Virus record (IMG/VR): IMGVR_UViG_3300037467_002956
Coordinates: 1 to 40,472 of that record
Reading direction: 5' to 3' (one strand)
Length of the DNA stretch: 40,472 nucleotides
DNA from: a virus
Taxonomy: Duplodnaviria; Caudoviricetes
Shown here: positions 1 to 9,114 of the stretch, piece by piece
How positions within the stretch are numbered: position 1 is the first letter of the stretch
How the letters are laid out: each line of letters begins with the position of its first letter
Notes under the pieces: generated by a model
What the model was told of the DNA's origin: nothing
Databases searched by the model: none
What the model saw: only the letters and a program-made list of their open reading frames with translations
Position numbers and translations under genes: made by a program

Positions 1-32
1 TAATACGTCGGCTACCCTTACTACCCGGAACG

Positions 33-371
33 TTGCTGGACGCACTCGATCGGGATTTTCTACTTCGATCAGGAGGACGACGCTGTGAGGTTTCGTCTCA
101 ATCTCTGAAGACCTACATCACCATCACCCAGGTGTGGGAAGTGATCCGGGAGCGCCATCTGTTCCCGTATGTCGTCCCGCTCCCGATGGTCGTCCGGCAG
201 AACCGAGAGTGGTTCGAACTGCGGCTGATCGAAGATGGGCTCGACGACGCGCTTCGGTTCACGATCAAGGGCTGGCAGTTCGACGAGGAGGGCGATTTCT
301 TCCTGTTCGGAGGCTTCGCTTATTGCAAAGACGACGCCGTCGCCACCGCGGTAACCCTGGCGGCGTCCTGA
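33..371 (+). CDS. small hypothetical protein, C-terminal (E/K)DDA-x-hydrophobic family
   Basis: 112-aa ORF; C-terminus FAYCKDDAVATAVTLAAS resembles those of 14955..15419, 35578..35826 and 35830..36003; TTG start uncertain. Confidence 0.55.
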   Translation: MLDALDRDFLLRSGGRRCEVSSQSLKTYITITQVWEVIRERHLFPYVVPLPMVVRQNREWFELRLIEDGLDDALRFTIKGWQFDEEGDFFLFGGFAYCKDDAVATAVTLAAS

Positions 372-511
372 AGTGAGGAAGGCCCCGCCAGGGACAAGCC
401 AGCGGAGCCTTCGAGCAACCTGCGGGGGTGGGACCTTCCCCGCGGTATTCCTGAATTCCTTTACGCAGGTATTTACGCTATACTCCGCCGAATTAAACTC
501 CAAGCTTGTAA

Positions 512-721
512 ATGAACAAACGACACCGCACCTCCTATACCGCCTTCAGCATCGTCTTTGGACTTCTCGGGCTGATGTACTTCATCGGCTCGACGGTCGA
601 GCGCGAGGCCCGCGATACCTGCGGCCGACACCACCTGCCCGTGGTCGAGGTCGACAAGGGCTATGTCTGCGTCACCCCCGATGGCGTCCGCCACCCCTGG
701 TACGAGTTCAAGCGTGGCTAG
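512..721 (+). CDS. small membrane protein
   Basis: 69-aa ORF with one hydrophobic helix (AFSIVFGLLGLMYFIG); stop overlaps next GTG start. Confidence 0.6.
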   Translation: MNKRHRTSYTAFSIVFGLLGLMYFIGSTVEREARDTCGRHHLPVVEVDKGYVCVTPDGVRHPWYEFKRG

Positions 722-1205
722 GCTCGACATCTTCCCGATGCTGCGAGCGCTCGACGATCGCGACTTCACCTACCTCGATCGCCAGCCGGACGCTCTGAAG
801 AAGACCTTCTCGGCGCCGGTGACCGCCCGGTGGATGAGCGTATTGGAGCGCGGCGGCGTCGAGCAGGAGTTGATGCTGCTCCGGGTCAACGAGTTCGCCA
901 ACGTCGACCTCTACAACATCGCCGACCATCCCGAGCTGCAATTCCGCCTCCTGGCGGCCTGCGGGATCGGCCCCCAGAAGCACGGTTGGATCCCCGGCGC
1001 CAAAGCCGAGAAGCGAGCCGACGACGTGGTCACTCGGTTCCTGAGGGACCTCAAGCCCGACGCCAATGACGACGAGATCAGGATCATCCTCAACGGGTTC
1101 GACGAGGAGAGCTTTGTCGAGTTCGTGGCCTCCGCCGGGCTCGGCGCCGCTGAGGAGAAACAGATCGTCAAAGCCTATGCCCAAAGCCGCAAAAAAGATC
1201 GCTAA
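714..1205 (+). CDS. putative clamp-loader small subunit (T4 gp62-like)
   Basis: Probable GTG start at 714 (MARLDIF) in ORF 663..1205; FSAPVTARWMS, HPELQ and H-x-WI motifs, size and replication-gene neighbourhood. Confidence 0.55.
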   Translation: MARLDIFPMLRALDDRDFTYLDRQPDALKKTFSAPVTARWMSVLERGGVEQELMLLRVNEFANVDLYNIADHPELQFRLLAACGIGPQKHGWIPGAKAEKRADDVVTRFLRDLKPDANDDEIRIILNGFDEESFVEFVASAGLGAAEEKQIVKAYAQSRKKDR

Positions 1206-1890
1206 GAAAGCCGAGCCGGAACACAAGTGCGAGTTCTGCAACGCCGCCTTCGCCCGGGAGTCGACGCTGATGTCGCACGTCTGCGAGCAGCGGCGGCGCC
1301 ATCTCGACCGCAATGAGCAGAACGTCAAGCTCGGGTTCTGGGTCTATCAGCGCTTCTACAAGCGCAACTACCGCAACATCCGCGAGCGCACGTTCGAGGA
1401 CTTTCGCAAATCTAGCGTGTATCTGGCCTTCTGCAAATTTGGCCGATACCTACTCGATATCAACGCCGTGAACACCAATGCCTTCGTCGACTTCATCCTC
1501 GACGCCAGCATTCCCGTAGACGAGTGGACGAATTCTGTCGTCTACGAGACGTACCTGCGCGAGCTTAACAAGAAGGAAACGCCCGAGGCGGCCTTGGAAC
1601 GCAATTTCATGCTGATGCAGCAATGGGCCGACCACAACGGGGCCGAGTGGACGGATTTCTTCCGTAAGATCGCGCCGCCGCTCGCGACCCTATGGATCCG
1701 CACCGGGCGCATCAGCCCGTGGGTCCTGTATACCGCGTCCTCGGCCGCCGAGCTGTTCGCGCGGATGAGCGACGAGCAGATGAGCCTCGTCGAGGCAGCC
1801 ATTGAGCCGAAGTTCTGGATGAGCAAGCTCGAAGCAGCGGCCGATGATGTCGCTGCTATCAGAGAAGAACTCGATGCGGCGGGGCTGTGA
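1177..1890 (+). CDS. conserved phage protein with N-terminal zinc finger
   Basis: ATG 1177 in ORF 1066..1890; CEFC-x3-F-x5-L-x2-H-x-C C2H2/C2HC-like motif. Confidence 0.7.
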   Translation: MPKAAKKIAKKAEPEHKCEFCNAAFARESTLMSHVCEQRRRHLDRNEQNVKLGFWVYQRFYKRNYRNIRERTFEDFRKSSVYLAFCKFGRYLLDINAVNTNAFVDFILDASIPVDEWTNSVVYETYLRELNKKETPEAALERNFMLMQQWADHNGAEWTDFFRKIAPPLATLWIRTGRISPWVLYTASSAAELFARMSDEQMSLVEAAIEPKFWMSKLEAAADDVAAIREELDAAGL

Positions 1891-1891
1891 C

Positions 1892-1897
1892 TAAATA
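1892..1897 (+). promoter_or_regulatory. late promoter motif TAAATA
   Basis: cTAAATAt immediately after a stop and 30 nt upstream of 1927; the motif recurs before about 10 genes. Confidence 0.6.
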
Positions 1898-1926
1898 TCT
1901 ACGGTGTTTAGTTCAATTGGAGACCT

Positions 1927-2223
1927 GTGACAGACGCATCTGATTTCTACGCCGCGATGTACCGGGAGGATGAGGACGATACCCCCTCCCCTGCGGCGTC
2001 TTCCACCCCGGAGGCTGGGACCCCGGCTGCGCCACGCGGGATCCTGAGCATGCCTGCCCTGACCGCTGAGCTGCGCAAGCTTCAGCAGATCGTCGACGCC
2101 CAGGCCCGACAGATCAAGCGCTTGGAGAACCGCTGCAATGCGCTGCAACGCATCGCCAAGGCGCATGAGCGGGACATCGGCAATGTCGACCGCCGAGTTG
2201 ATGGCAAGCTGGATGCCTACTGA
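1927..2223 (+). CDS. hypothetical coiled-coil protein
   Basis: GGAGA SD then GTG; heptad-like C-terminal half; stop overlaps next ATG. Confidence 0.7.
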   Translation: MTDASDFYAAMYREDEDDTPSPAASSTPEAGTPAAPRGILSMPALTAELRKLQQIVDAQARQIKRLENRCNALQRIAKAHERDIGNVDRRVDGKLDAY

Positions 2224-2681
2224 TGCTGACCGCGCATATCATCGACGCGATCGGCGCCAACACCGGAGAGATCGCGCTTCCCGAGAGCTTCCGTATCCGC
2301 ACGCTGGCGCGCTGGTACGATGAGGATCCGCTGCTCGCCAACCTTCAGGAACAGCCATACATCACCGGCGCCCTGCGCTGGGCGGATCTCGGCATCCACC
2401 AGTTCCGGCTGCTGATCGCCCTGCACCTGTCCATTCTCGACGGCGACGACGCGTACCAGCGCAGCCTCGCCGAGGTCTCGCGCAACGAGCTTCTGGGCGG
2501 CCTCATCGTCTGCGTCGAGAGCCGGATCGAGGCTGAGGTCACGGACCTGACGGTGCTCCGTCAGAGCCCCACGGATGTCGACTACGAGGTCAGGGCGCGT
2601 CTCGGCGCGATCACCTTCCCGCAGCCGAAGCCTCCGCGCTCGCCGTTTCGGGTCGTGGTCGACAACACGCGCGACCGATAA
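2223..2681 (+). CDS. hypothetical protein
   Basis: 152-aa ORF translationally coupled (TGATG) to the upstream gene; GC3-rich codons. Confidence 0.7.
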   Translation: MLTAHIIDAIGANTGEIALPESFRIRTLARWYDEDPLLANLQEQPYITGALRWADLGIHQFRLLIALHLSILDGDDAYQRSLAEVSRNELLGGLIVCVESRIEAEVTDLTVLRQSPTDVDYEVRARLGAITFPQPKPPRSPFRVVVDNTRDR

Positions 2682-2709
2682 CAGCGGCTCCGTCTCGCCG
2701 TCTCGACGC

Positions 2710-3636
2710 CTACCCAGCGATCAAGCTGCTCAAGCTCTGATTGCGGGCGTCGTCGGCACGGCGGCGCATCATCTTCTCCCGCCGCGCGCGTACCTTGGCA
2801 TTGGCCTCTTCCGCATACGTGAACACCCGGCCATTGCGCAGGCGGATTGCGAGGTTCTCGCCCGGCGGTAGCCCCATCGCCGTGCGCACCTTGTGCTCGA
2901 ACACGCGGGCGACATCGAGGGAGTTCTGGTCCCCCTTGTTCTTCCGGGCCTGGAACGACCACGCCATCGAGTCAGCCGAGTAGAGCAGCTCGACCACCTC
3001 GGGGCAGGCGAGCGCGGTCGACTTCACGCCGAAGCCATGGAGCCTGATGTCCGGTCTCTCGGCCTTAATGGCCCTCAGGACGGCCAGGATCGCCTTGATG
3101 TTCCCCTGGCGCTTACACACGCTCCCCACGCCCACCCAGGCTCCCTGAGCGATCCTAGGGCCATATGCACGCAGGTGGCGCACGTACTGTCGCGGTGTGA
3201 AGCCTTGGAGCACCGGCATGATATAGGCGCCACCGACATCCTCCGCGATCAGCGCGTCGTAGCGTTCGATCGTCAGCCGCTGGTGCTCGCGGATCTGGCG
3301 GACCCAGGTACGCCCGTCGATCTCATCCTTGCCCAGCACCTTGGCGCAGATCACGCGCTCGCACATGTAGTCCTGCGCGACAGCCGCCAGCATCGTGTGG
3401 GAGTTGTAGCGCATCCACTGACGGATCAGGTACGCGTAGTCGGCGACCGAGTGCAGATACCGGCCGTGTGACCAAATTTCCGTAAAGGCGCCGGAGTCCA
3501 TGACCCACTCGCAGCCCATCGGCACCGGCGCTCGCTCCCACAGCCGGTTGGCCGAGACGAAGATGCTGTCGAGGTTCAGGGTCCGGTTGAGGTCGGAGAT
3601 TCCGAGGAAGAAGCGCTTCTGCGGCTGCTGATCCAT
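2710..3636 (-). CDS. tRNA-guanine transglycosylase-fold protein, DpdA-like (putative deazaguanine DNA/RNA base exchange)
   Basis: Probable start ATG 3636 (MDQQPQKRFFLG) with AGGA SD; motifs DSGAF, QDYMCE, PVLQG, VGVGSVC, LHGFGVK, SADSMAWS match the TGT/DpdA barrel pattern. Confidence 0.7.
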   Translation of the reverse strand: MDQQPQKRFFLGISDLNRTLNLDSIFVSANRLWERAPVPMGCEWVMDSGAFTEIWSHGRYLHSVADYAYLIRQWMRYNSHTMLAAVAQDYMCERVICAKVLGKDEIDGRTWVRQIREHQRLTIERYDALIAEDVGGAYIMPVLQGFTPRQYVRHLRAYGPRIAQGAWVGVGSVCKRQGNIKAILAVLRAIKAERPDIRLHGFGVKSTALACPEVVELLYSADSMAWSFQARKNKGDQNSLDVARVFEHKVRTAMGLPPGENLAIRLRNGRVFTYAEEANAKVRARREKMMRRRADDARNQSLSSLIAG

Positions 3637-3650
3637 GACGCCGTTCCTAC

Positions 3651-3944
3651 TCAGCCCACCAGACCCAGAGATTCCGCAACCTCGCGGAACTGGAAGACGA
3701 ACTGCGTGGTCCCGCTGACTTCCAGCATCTCGCAGGCCATGAGGTACTGTTTGCCGCATTGCGCGCCACGGACGAAAAATCCGTCCCGGTCCCTGCGCAG
3801 GTTCATCCACTCGCGCATCCCCTTGGCCCGGCTCTCGTGGCCGATGCGGACGTTCTGGTGGTGCTGCGGTTCGGCGAGGATCCGTTCCAGCTCCGCGACC
3901 ACCTTCGGCTCGTCGATCCGGTGCTTGGTGAAGGCGTTCGGCAT
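3651..3944 (-). CDS. hypothetical protein
   Basis: 97-aa ORF with GGGAG SD in a co-directional run. Confidence 0.6.
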   Translation of the reverse strand: MPNAFTKHRIDEPKVVAELERILAEPQHHQNVRIGHESRAKGMREWMNLRRDRDGFFVRGAQCGKQYLMACEMLEVSGTTQFVFQFREVAESLGLVG

Positions 3945-3971
3945 GTTCGTGCTCCCAATGTCTCGCGGTGA

Positions 3972-4211
3972 TTAGTCCATGCCCATGGTGTCGATCTGAA
4001 AGCGCCCGGCCATGTACGCGCTCTTCAGGAACTTCGAGTGGGCCTTGCGGAGGTCACACAGCCCCAGAGTGGCTATGACCTCGTCGGTGGTCTTCACGGC
4101 CACCGGCGGGGAACTCGCGTCTTTGACACCGAGATAGGTGGCCTCCGCCATCAGATCGGCGAAGTCTCGGCCCGAGAGCTGCGATACGGAACGTCTCTTG
4201 GAATCCGGCAT
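3972..4211 (-). CDS. hypothetical protein
   Basis: 79-aa ORF, GGAGA/GAGG SD. Confidence 0.6.
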   Translation of the reverse strand: MPDSKRRSVSQLSGRDFADLMAEATYLGVKDASSPPVAVKTTDEVIATLGLCDLRKAHSKFLKSAYMAGRFQIDTMGMD

Positions 4212-4232
4212 CCTCGTCTCCCAGTCGGTGGG

Positions 4233-4424
4233 CTATTCCCCCACCACAGTGCGCTCGAAGAGCGCGATCGCGTCCTCAAGCCGTTTGCGGCGACCCACGT
4301 TCTGCCAACGCGTGGCGACGAGAAACCCGTTGCCCTCATCGATGAGAAAGAGGCGCGCGCCGCCGCGCACACCTTCGGCGCAGAAGGTGGAGCGGATGAT
4401 GTTGGCATCGTCCATGCGGACCAT
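4233..4424 (-). CDS. hypothetical protein
   Basis: Probable start ATG 4424 (MVRMDDA) with GGAGG SD. Confidence 0.55.
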   Translation of the reverse strand: MVRMDDANIIRSTFCAEGVRGGARLFLIDEGNGFLVATRWQNVGRRKRLEDAIALFERTVVGE

Positions 4425-4487
4425 CGGGCGCCTCCGTGAGCTGACTTCTCCTTCGTACGCAGGCACCCAAAGCCGTCAATTAATTCC

Positions 4488-4502
4488 GACGAAAATTTCG
4501 TG
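4488..4502. promoter_or_regulatory. palindromic operator-like motif GACGAAAATTTCGTG
   Basis: Lies in a divergent intergenic region; one of about 8 copies of the consensus GACGAAAWTTTCGTC. Confidence 0.6.
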
Positions 4503-4537
4503 CCGGGCCGCTGGCCTATGCTACTGTTCTCTGACCG

Positions 4538-5161
4538 ATGGCCACTCACGCCAAAACCGATATCGACATCGACTTCCCCGATCGCGATGCCGCGCTCATG
4601 GGGCTCGGCGCCGTCCCGGCGATGCAGATCGCCAACGGCCAGCCGATCCGCCACGTCAGTGGCATCTACCTTCAGGATGTGCCGGTGAACCCGCTGACCG
4701 AGCTGTGCGCGCTCGATCATGCGACGGCGGAAGTGCACGGGTATTTCAAGATCGATTTTCTGGCCAACCACCTCTACGACGGCCTCTCCAGCAACGCCGA
4801 GGTCGATGCCCTGCTCGCGCGAGAGCCCGACTGGGACATGCTCGAATTCGAGCACATCGTCTCGCAGATGGCGCACATCCACGGCCACTTCGACATCGTC
4901 CAGGCGATCCGCCCGCGCTCGCTCGAAGACCTCGCGGTGGTGCTGGCGCTGATCCGGCCCGGCCGCCGCCACCTTCTCGGGCAGCCGCGCGAGGTGATCG
5001 ACGCCGAGATCTGGAAGCCGGGTGTCGACGGCTACGTGTTCAAGCGCTCACACGCGATCGCCTTTGCCGCCTCCCTGGCGGTACAGCTCAACCGCGTGGT
5101 CGACGCCGAGATCGCGGCGCTCGACGACGGCGACGACGTCTTCGTCTTCAACGAGGAATAG
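4538..5161 (+). CDS. minimal DNA polymerase III alpha (DnaE, family C)-like protein, palm/fingers core only
   Basis: DIDIDF (catalytic DxD), HVSGIY, FKIDFL (third Asp), ALIRPG and Y-x-FKRSHA motifs in DnaE order within 207 aa. Confidence 0.8.
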   Translation: MATHAKTDIDIDFPDRDAALMGLGAVPAMQIANGQPIRHVSGIYLQDVPVNPLTELCALDHATAEVHGYFKIDFLANHLYDGLSSNAEVDALLAREPDWDMLEFEHIVSQMAHIHGHFDIVQAIRPRSLEDLAVVLALIRPGRRHLLGQPREVIDAEIWKPGVDGYVFKRSHAIAFAASLAVQLNRVVDAEIAALDDGDDVFVFNEE

Positions 5162-5192
5162 GCCCATCCGAGCGAGATCCGTTCCCGAGAGC

Positions 5193-5774
5193 GTGCGCCT
5201 GCGCGTGTTCTCGGCACCGGCGCACGAGCGCGTGCGCGTCTACACCGTACAGGACGTCGAGGTCCTAAAGCGGGCAGCCGCCCCAGGCTACCTCACCCCG
5301 GATCCGGCCTACCTCTACGAGGACGATTACCGGCAGTGGAAGCGCGCCTACGACTGGATGCGTGCCCGCATGGCCGAGCAGATCGAGGGCTACAGCGGGG
5401 AATACCCGATGTGGGCGTGGCTCAAGCGCCCCAACGAGCGGCAGAGCTGCCGCTGCGAGGACTGCGTGCTGATCACCGCCGAGGTCCCGCGCGGCCGATT
5501 CGTCATGTCCGATTACGGCACGTGGCACTCGGCCCTCAACGGCTGGTACCTGCACCTCACCGAGGTTGCCTTCGACGCTGACGACAAGGTCGAGCGATCG
5601 CGAGAGGAGGTCGAGGAGAGCTGGCGCTATTGCCTGAGCATGGCCGATCACGTCGGAGCCGAAACGATCGAATGGCTCGGCGGGCCGAGAGTCGACCCGC
5701 AGCTCTGTATCGATCGGATCTACCTCGACGAGATCGTCTCTACGCGGCCCTGGTATGGGCGCCGCGGAAGCTAG
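5193..5774 (+). CDS. DUF3841-like protein
   Basis: YTVQ, AYDWM, YPMWAW and SDYGTWHSALN motifs; start uncertain (GTG 5193 assumed within ORF 5022..5774). Confidence 0.6.
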   Translation: MRLRVFSAPAHERVRVYTVQDVEVLKRAAAPGYLTPDPAYLYEDDYRQWKRAYDWMRARMAEQIEGYSGEYPMWAWLKRPNERQSCRCEDCVLITAEVPRGRFVMSDYGTWHSALNGWYLHLTEVAFDADDKVERSREEVEESWRYCLSMADHVGAETIEWLGGPRVDPQLCIDRIYLDEIVSTRPWYGRRGS

Positions 5775-6136
5775 GACCCGGCCGGACAGCGGGGCCCGCC
5801 GTACCCGCTCTGTGTTTTGCCTGCTGCGTCGATGCCTCCGATCACGAGCGACGTCGAGAAGCGACCAGAAGCCTCCCGGAATCCTTGAAGTTCCTTGAAC
5901 CCTTTGAGATCGAAATTCTGCGGAGGCTTCACGTCATAGGTTTTGCCTCTGGGATCGATCTTATATTTCTGACAAAAATCGGCGATGAATTTGCGCGATG
6001 CGCTAGTCCCGACAACAAATAGCTTGTCATTCCCGAAGCTCTCGGTCATGAATTCATCAAACTTACCAGCGTCGATGATCTCCTTTGCCATGATCATGAC
6101 TTGGACGAGACTGCGGACATTATCGTCTTCGACCAT
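5771..6136 (-). CDS. hypothetical protein (lower-GC insert)
   Basis: GGGAGG SD then ATG; A/T-richer codon usage than neighbours. Confidence 0.55.
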   Translation of the reverse strand: MVEDDNVRSLVQVMIMAKEIIDAGKFDEFMTESFGNDKLFVVGTSASRKFIADFCQKYKIDPRGKTYDVKPPQNFDLKGFKELQGFREASGRFSTSLVIGGIDAAGKTQSGYGGPRCPAGS

Positions 6137-6260
6137 CAGAGCCTCCCTACCTTACCACATTAAACAGCGGTGTGAACGGTACGGCGCTGCCATCTCAGCC
6201 GAGTCCGGTTTCGACGCAGCATCACGATGCTACCACCACTGGTGGTGATTGTCCCGCCCG

Positions 6261-7226
6261 CTACGGAAAAAATGGGCTCAGGAACGATGCCGTCACCGCT
6301 GCTGTGGTGAACCCGTTCGAAATTTTCTGGACATACACTTGGAAGCGGTTGTTCGACGCGTTTATCAGAGCGTTTCGGGCCTCCTGGCGGGACTCAGCGA
6401 TCGTGAGCGGGGTGACCTTCTTCCCCGTCTCTGGCATGGCCAGGGCAATGGTGACCCTGTGAATATCCGATCTCGTCGCGTCGAGCTTTCCGCCGACCGA
6501 TGACCACGAAAAAGCTCGTCCGATCGGCGTGAAGGTGAAGCCCGGTGACAGGCTTCCGGTGTACGTCGTCGTGAATTGAAGATCGTCGGTCAACGTTGGG
6601 GTTTTCGGTCCGCCGACCTTCATACCGAGATTTCCGGACTGGTTCAGGTCGAGGAAGGTCCCGACCGTGTCAGCCAGTCTCGTCTTTCCGGCGATTGGAT
6701 AGTTGTAGTTCGGAGTCTGCACAACGTTGGCGCAGTATTCTGCTGGCACCACTCCCAGAAGACGCTCGAAAGTGTCGTCGATCGTGAAAGTGCGCGTGTT
6801 CTCTCGCTTGTGATCGCTACCTACTGTGAACCCGATCGTGTCGGACCCGCGGGTGAACGGCCGCATCAACGTCGCATTACCTGAAACGTTGTTAGATTCA
6901 GTCATATCTAGGCTAAAATCGTAGGCGACTGCGGCGCCTGCATATTGCTGGAGCACGCCTCTAAGGTCCGGATCTTTAATCCTGGCAGGCAGCTCTTTGT
7001 AAGTTATTTTGCCGTCCTTTAATTCATCGGCCAAATACGCTTCGCTGGGCCGACGCCTTAAAGCGCCATCGACATAAGTTTTGAGCGCATCACGGACTTC
7101 ACACCGAACCTGCGCGACGATCGCATAGGTGTCAAGCCCCGTTACGTCTTGCGGTACCGGATGAATGGAGCATCCGGCGCTACAGACAGCTAGCGATGCC
7201 GCAGCAGCGGTTCCGAGCCGAGACAT
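6261..7226 (-). CDS. putative lipoprotein (lower-GC insert)
   Basis: Signal peptide with lipobox-like SAGC then SIHP; 321 aa; A/T-richer codon usage. Confidence 0.7.
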   Translation of the reverse strand: MSRLGTAAAASLAVCSAGCSIHPVPQDVTGLDTYAIVAQVRCEVRDALKTYVDGALRRRPSEAYLADELKDGKITYKELPARIKDPDLRGVLQQYAGAAVAYDFSLDMTESNNVSGNATLMRPFTRGSDTIGFTVGSDHKRENTRTFTIDDTFERLLGVVPAEYCANVVQTPNYNYPIAGKTRLADTVGTFLDLNQSGNLGMKVGGPKTPTLTDDLQFTTTYTGSLSPGFTFTPIGRAFSWSSVGGKLDATRSDIHRVTIALAMPETGKKVTPLTIAESRQEARNALINASNNRFQVYVQKISNGFTTAAVTASFLSPFFP

Positions 7227-7466
7227 AGTGAGTCGTCCGACGAATTTCAGTCAGACGAAACTAATCGCCGAACGTTCGAACGCTCAAGCTGATTAACATC
7301 GGCCTACAACGGTAAGTGAGGGATGTGGCGCTTTTGGCACACATCCATGCGGCCCCCGCCTGTATGGACCCGCACAAATCCGGCGTTGATCTCGATCGGT
7401 GCGCCGTTGGACCCGCGCCCGCGACTCGGCGGCGAAGGGGCCGGGGTGATTTAGGGGGCCGACAGC

Positions 7467-7661
7467 TCAGCCCGGGAAATCCTCATGGTTCCACGGCGGC
7501 GACCATCCCCGCTCCATCTCGGCGATGTCTTTGCTCAGCTCGTATTCCAGCTCGGCCCGATCCTCGGGCTTGGCATTGGCGATCGCCCGCCGACTGGCGG
7601 CGATGCGGCAGCGCATCATCTCGCGCCAGCGCTGCGCCCTGGGATCGATACCGTTTGTCAT
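7467..7661 (-). CDS. hypothetical protein
   Basis: 64-aa ORF, AGGAGG SD. Confidence 0.6.
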   Translation of the reverse strand: MTNGIDPRAQRWREMMRCRIAASRRAIANAKPEDRAELEYELSKDIAEMERGWSPPWNHEDFPG

Positions 7662-7678
7662 GAGACCCTCCTCTCGTT

Positions 7679-8422
7679 TCAGGGGAACATCACGAGCTGG
7701 CGCCCGGCCTCGGTCATCTCGACCTTGAACGGACCGTGTGGCGTCGGCGGCTCCCGGTCAATGACCTCGCCCTCGAACACATTCGTATCGTCGGCGAGGT
7801 CGGCCACCATTTCGTTCTCGAACCAGAGATGAGTCTGCACATGCGCCAGGGACGCACGAAGCGTCTTGAACTTGAGGCGCTCGGCCACGTGCATGCGGAC
7901 GTGCTGCTCCAACGTCGCGGTTTCGTGGATCACGTTGTAGATCAGCGTCCACGCTGAGTGCTCGCTGTCGTGGTGGTGGACGGTGAACCAGACCACGTTG
8001 CCGCGGCGGCGGCGCATGAACCGCGCGATGTAGCGCAAGGACGTTTCGACCTGCCGAAGCTGCTGATGGTCGTAGCGGTTGAGGCCGAAGGCGATCACGT
8101 ACTCTTTGGTGTCTGCCCAGGCCATCCCGAACTGAAGGCCGAGACGGCTCAGCATCTCCTGGCCGTAGCGGTAGACGATGCTGCCGCCCTCATGATCCAC
8201 GTCGAGGATGTGGCGCCAGTCGGGCTCGTTCCCCCACTTCTTGATCAGCAGCTCACCGATCGCCTCGTTGACGCCGGAGGCTTCATCCTCGATCCGATCG
8301 CGCGTCTGCTCCAACGGTTTGATCAGGGCGTCAATCTCGGCACATTTCTGCGCGAGAGCGTCCTGACGTGCCCGCAGAGCCTTAAGCTCGTCGTCGATGG
8401 ACCGTACAGCCTTCTTCGGCAT
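7679..8422 (-). CDS. hypothetical protein with N-terminal coiled coil
   Basis: 247 aa, AGGAGG SD. Confidence 0.75.
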   Translation of the reverse strand: MPKKAVRSIDDELKALRARQDALAQKCAEIDALIKPLEQTRDRIEDEASGVNEAIGELLIKKWGNEPDWRHILDVDHEGGSIVYRYGQEMLSRLGLQFGMAWADTKEYVIAFGLNRYDHQQLRQVETSLRYIARFMRRRRGNVVWFTVHHHDSEHSAWTLIYNVIHETATLEQHVRMHVAERLKFKTLRASLAHVQTHLWFENEMVADLADDTNVFEGEVIDREPPTPHGPFKVEMTEAGRQLVMFP

Positions 8423-8539
8423 CGCGACCTCCTACGACCTTCCTGGGTCCGAAGTGGTTACGGGCGTGTTGACAAGCTCGCTGCACATCCCCGGAAAACT
8501 TGTGGATGATGACGCTTAGGACGGTGGTATCGGTTCGTT

Positions 8540-8884
8540 TCACTCAATGTAGAAATGCGCACGGTTTTTGACGATATCGGCGAATTTTTCCTGGGGGATC
8601 GCATAGGCGCTGCGCCAGTACGTTCCCCGGCTCTTGGCATACATCCAGTAGGTGGGCTTGCCGTCGAGAACCCCATCCGGCGGCAAGACGAGGAACCAGG
8701 GCTCATCGTTCACGTCGCTGGCCGCCGCCTTGATCATGTTGATCGCAGCGGCAACGCTTTGCGACCGAGACACCTCGTGAAATTCGAGCCCGCTTGTAAA
8801 ATAGTGATCGCCGATGATTCTCAGCGCGCCCGTTCGGACCGGCTGCGCACCACGCTTCGTCAACAGCTTCCTCAGCAGACTCAT
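8540..8884 (-). CDS. hypothetical protein
   Basis: 114 aa, GAGGG SD. Confidence 0.6.
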   Translation of the reverse strand: MSLLRKLLTKRGAQPVRTGALRIIGDHYFTSGLEFHEVSRSQSVAAAINMIKAAASDVNDEPWFLVLPPDGVLDGKPTYWMYAKSRGTYWRSAYAIPQEKFADIVKNRAHFYIE

Positions 8885-8930
8885 TCCCGGTCCCTCTCAA
8901 CGCGCGTGGTGCACGGCCGTTTCGTCACCC

Positions 8931-9101
8931 TCAGGCCGCAACAGCCATCCGCTGGACGACGAAATAATAGTAGCCGTCATAGGGGCTCGTTTGAAGCGCG
9001 TGTTTGCGATCCTCCGCTTCCTGCCGAGTAGCGATGCCATCGATGAAGACATCACCGTCAGCACGCGTCCGCCCCATCCGGCTGCGCCAGATTTGAAACA
9101 T
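8931..9101 (-). CDS. small hypothetical protein (not in ORF track)
   Basis: GGGAGAG SD, ATG 9101, 56 aa MFQIWRSRMGR...YYYFVVQRMAVAA, TGA at 8931; fills a gap in a co-directional run. Confidence 0.55.
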   Translation of the reverse strand: MFQIWRSRMGRTRADGDVFIDGIATRQEAEDRKHALQTSPYDGYYYFVVQRMAVAA

Positions 9102-9114
9102 GGTACTCTCCCGC

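Noticed and set aside
4138-5268. 376-aa ORF overlapping the mini-DnaE that might extend it by frameshift
   Set aside because: Arg/Pro-rich off-frame translation with no DnaE motifs.
7321-7410. Two short hairpins in the 7227-7466 intergenic region
   Set aside because: Short GC-rich stems without a U-tract or repeated counterpart; expected by chance at this GC content.
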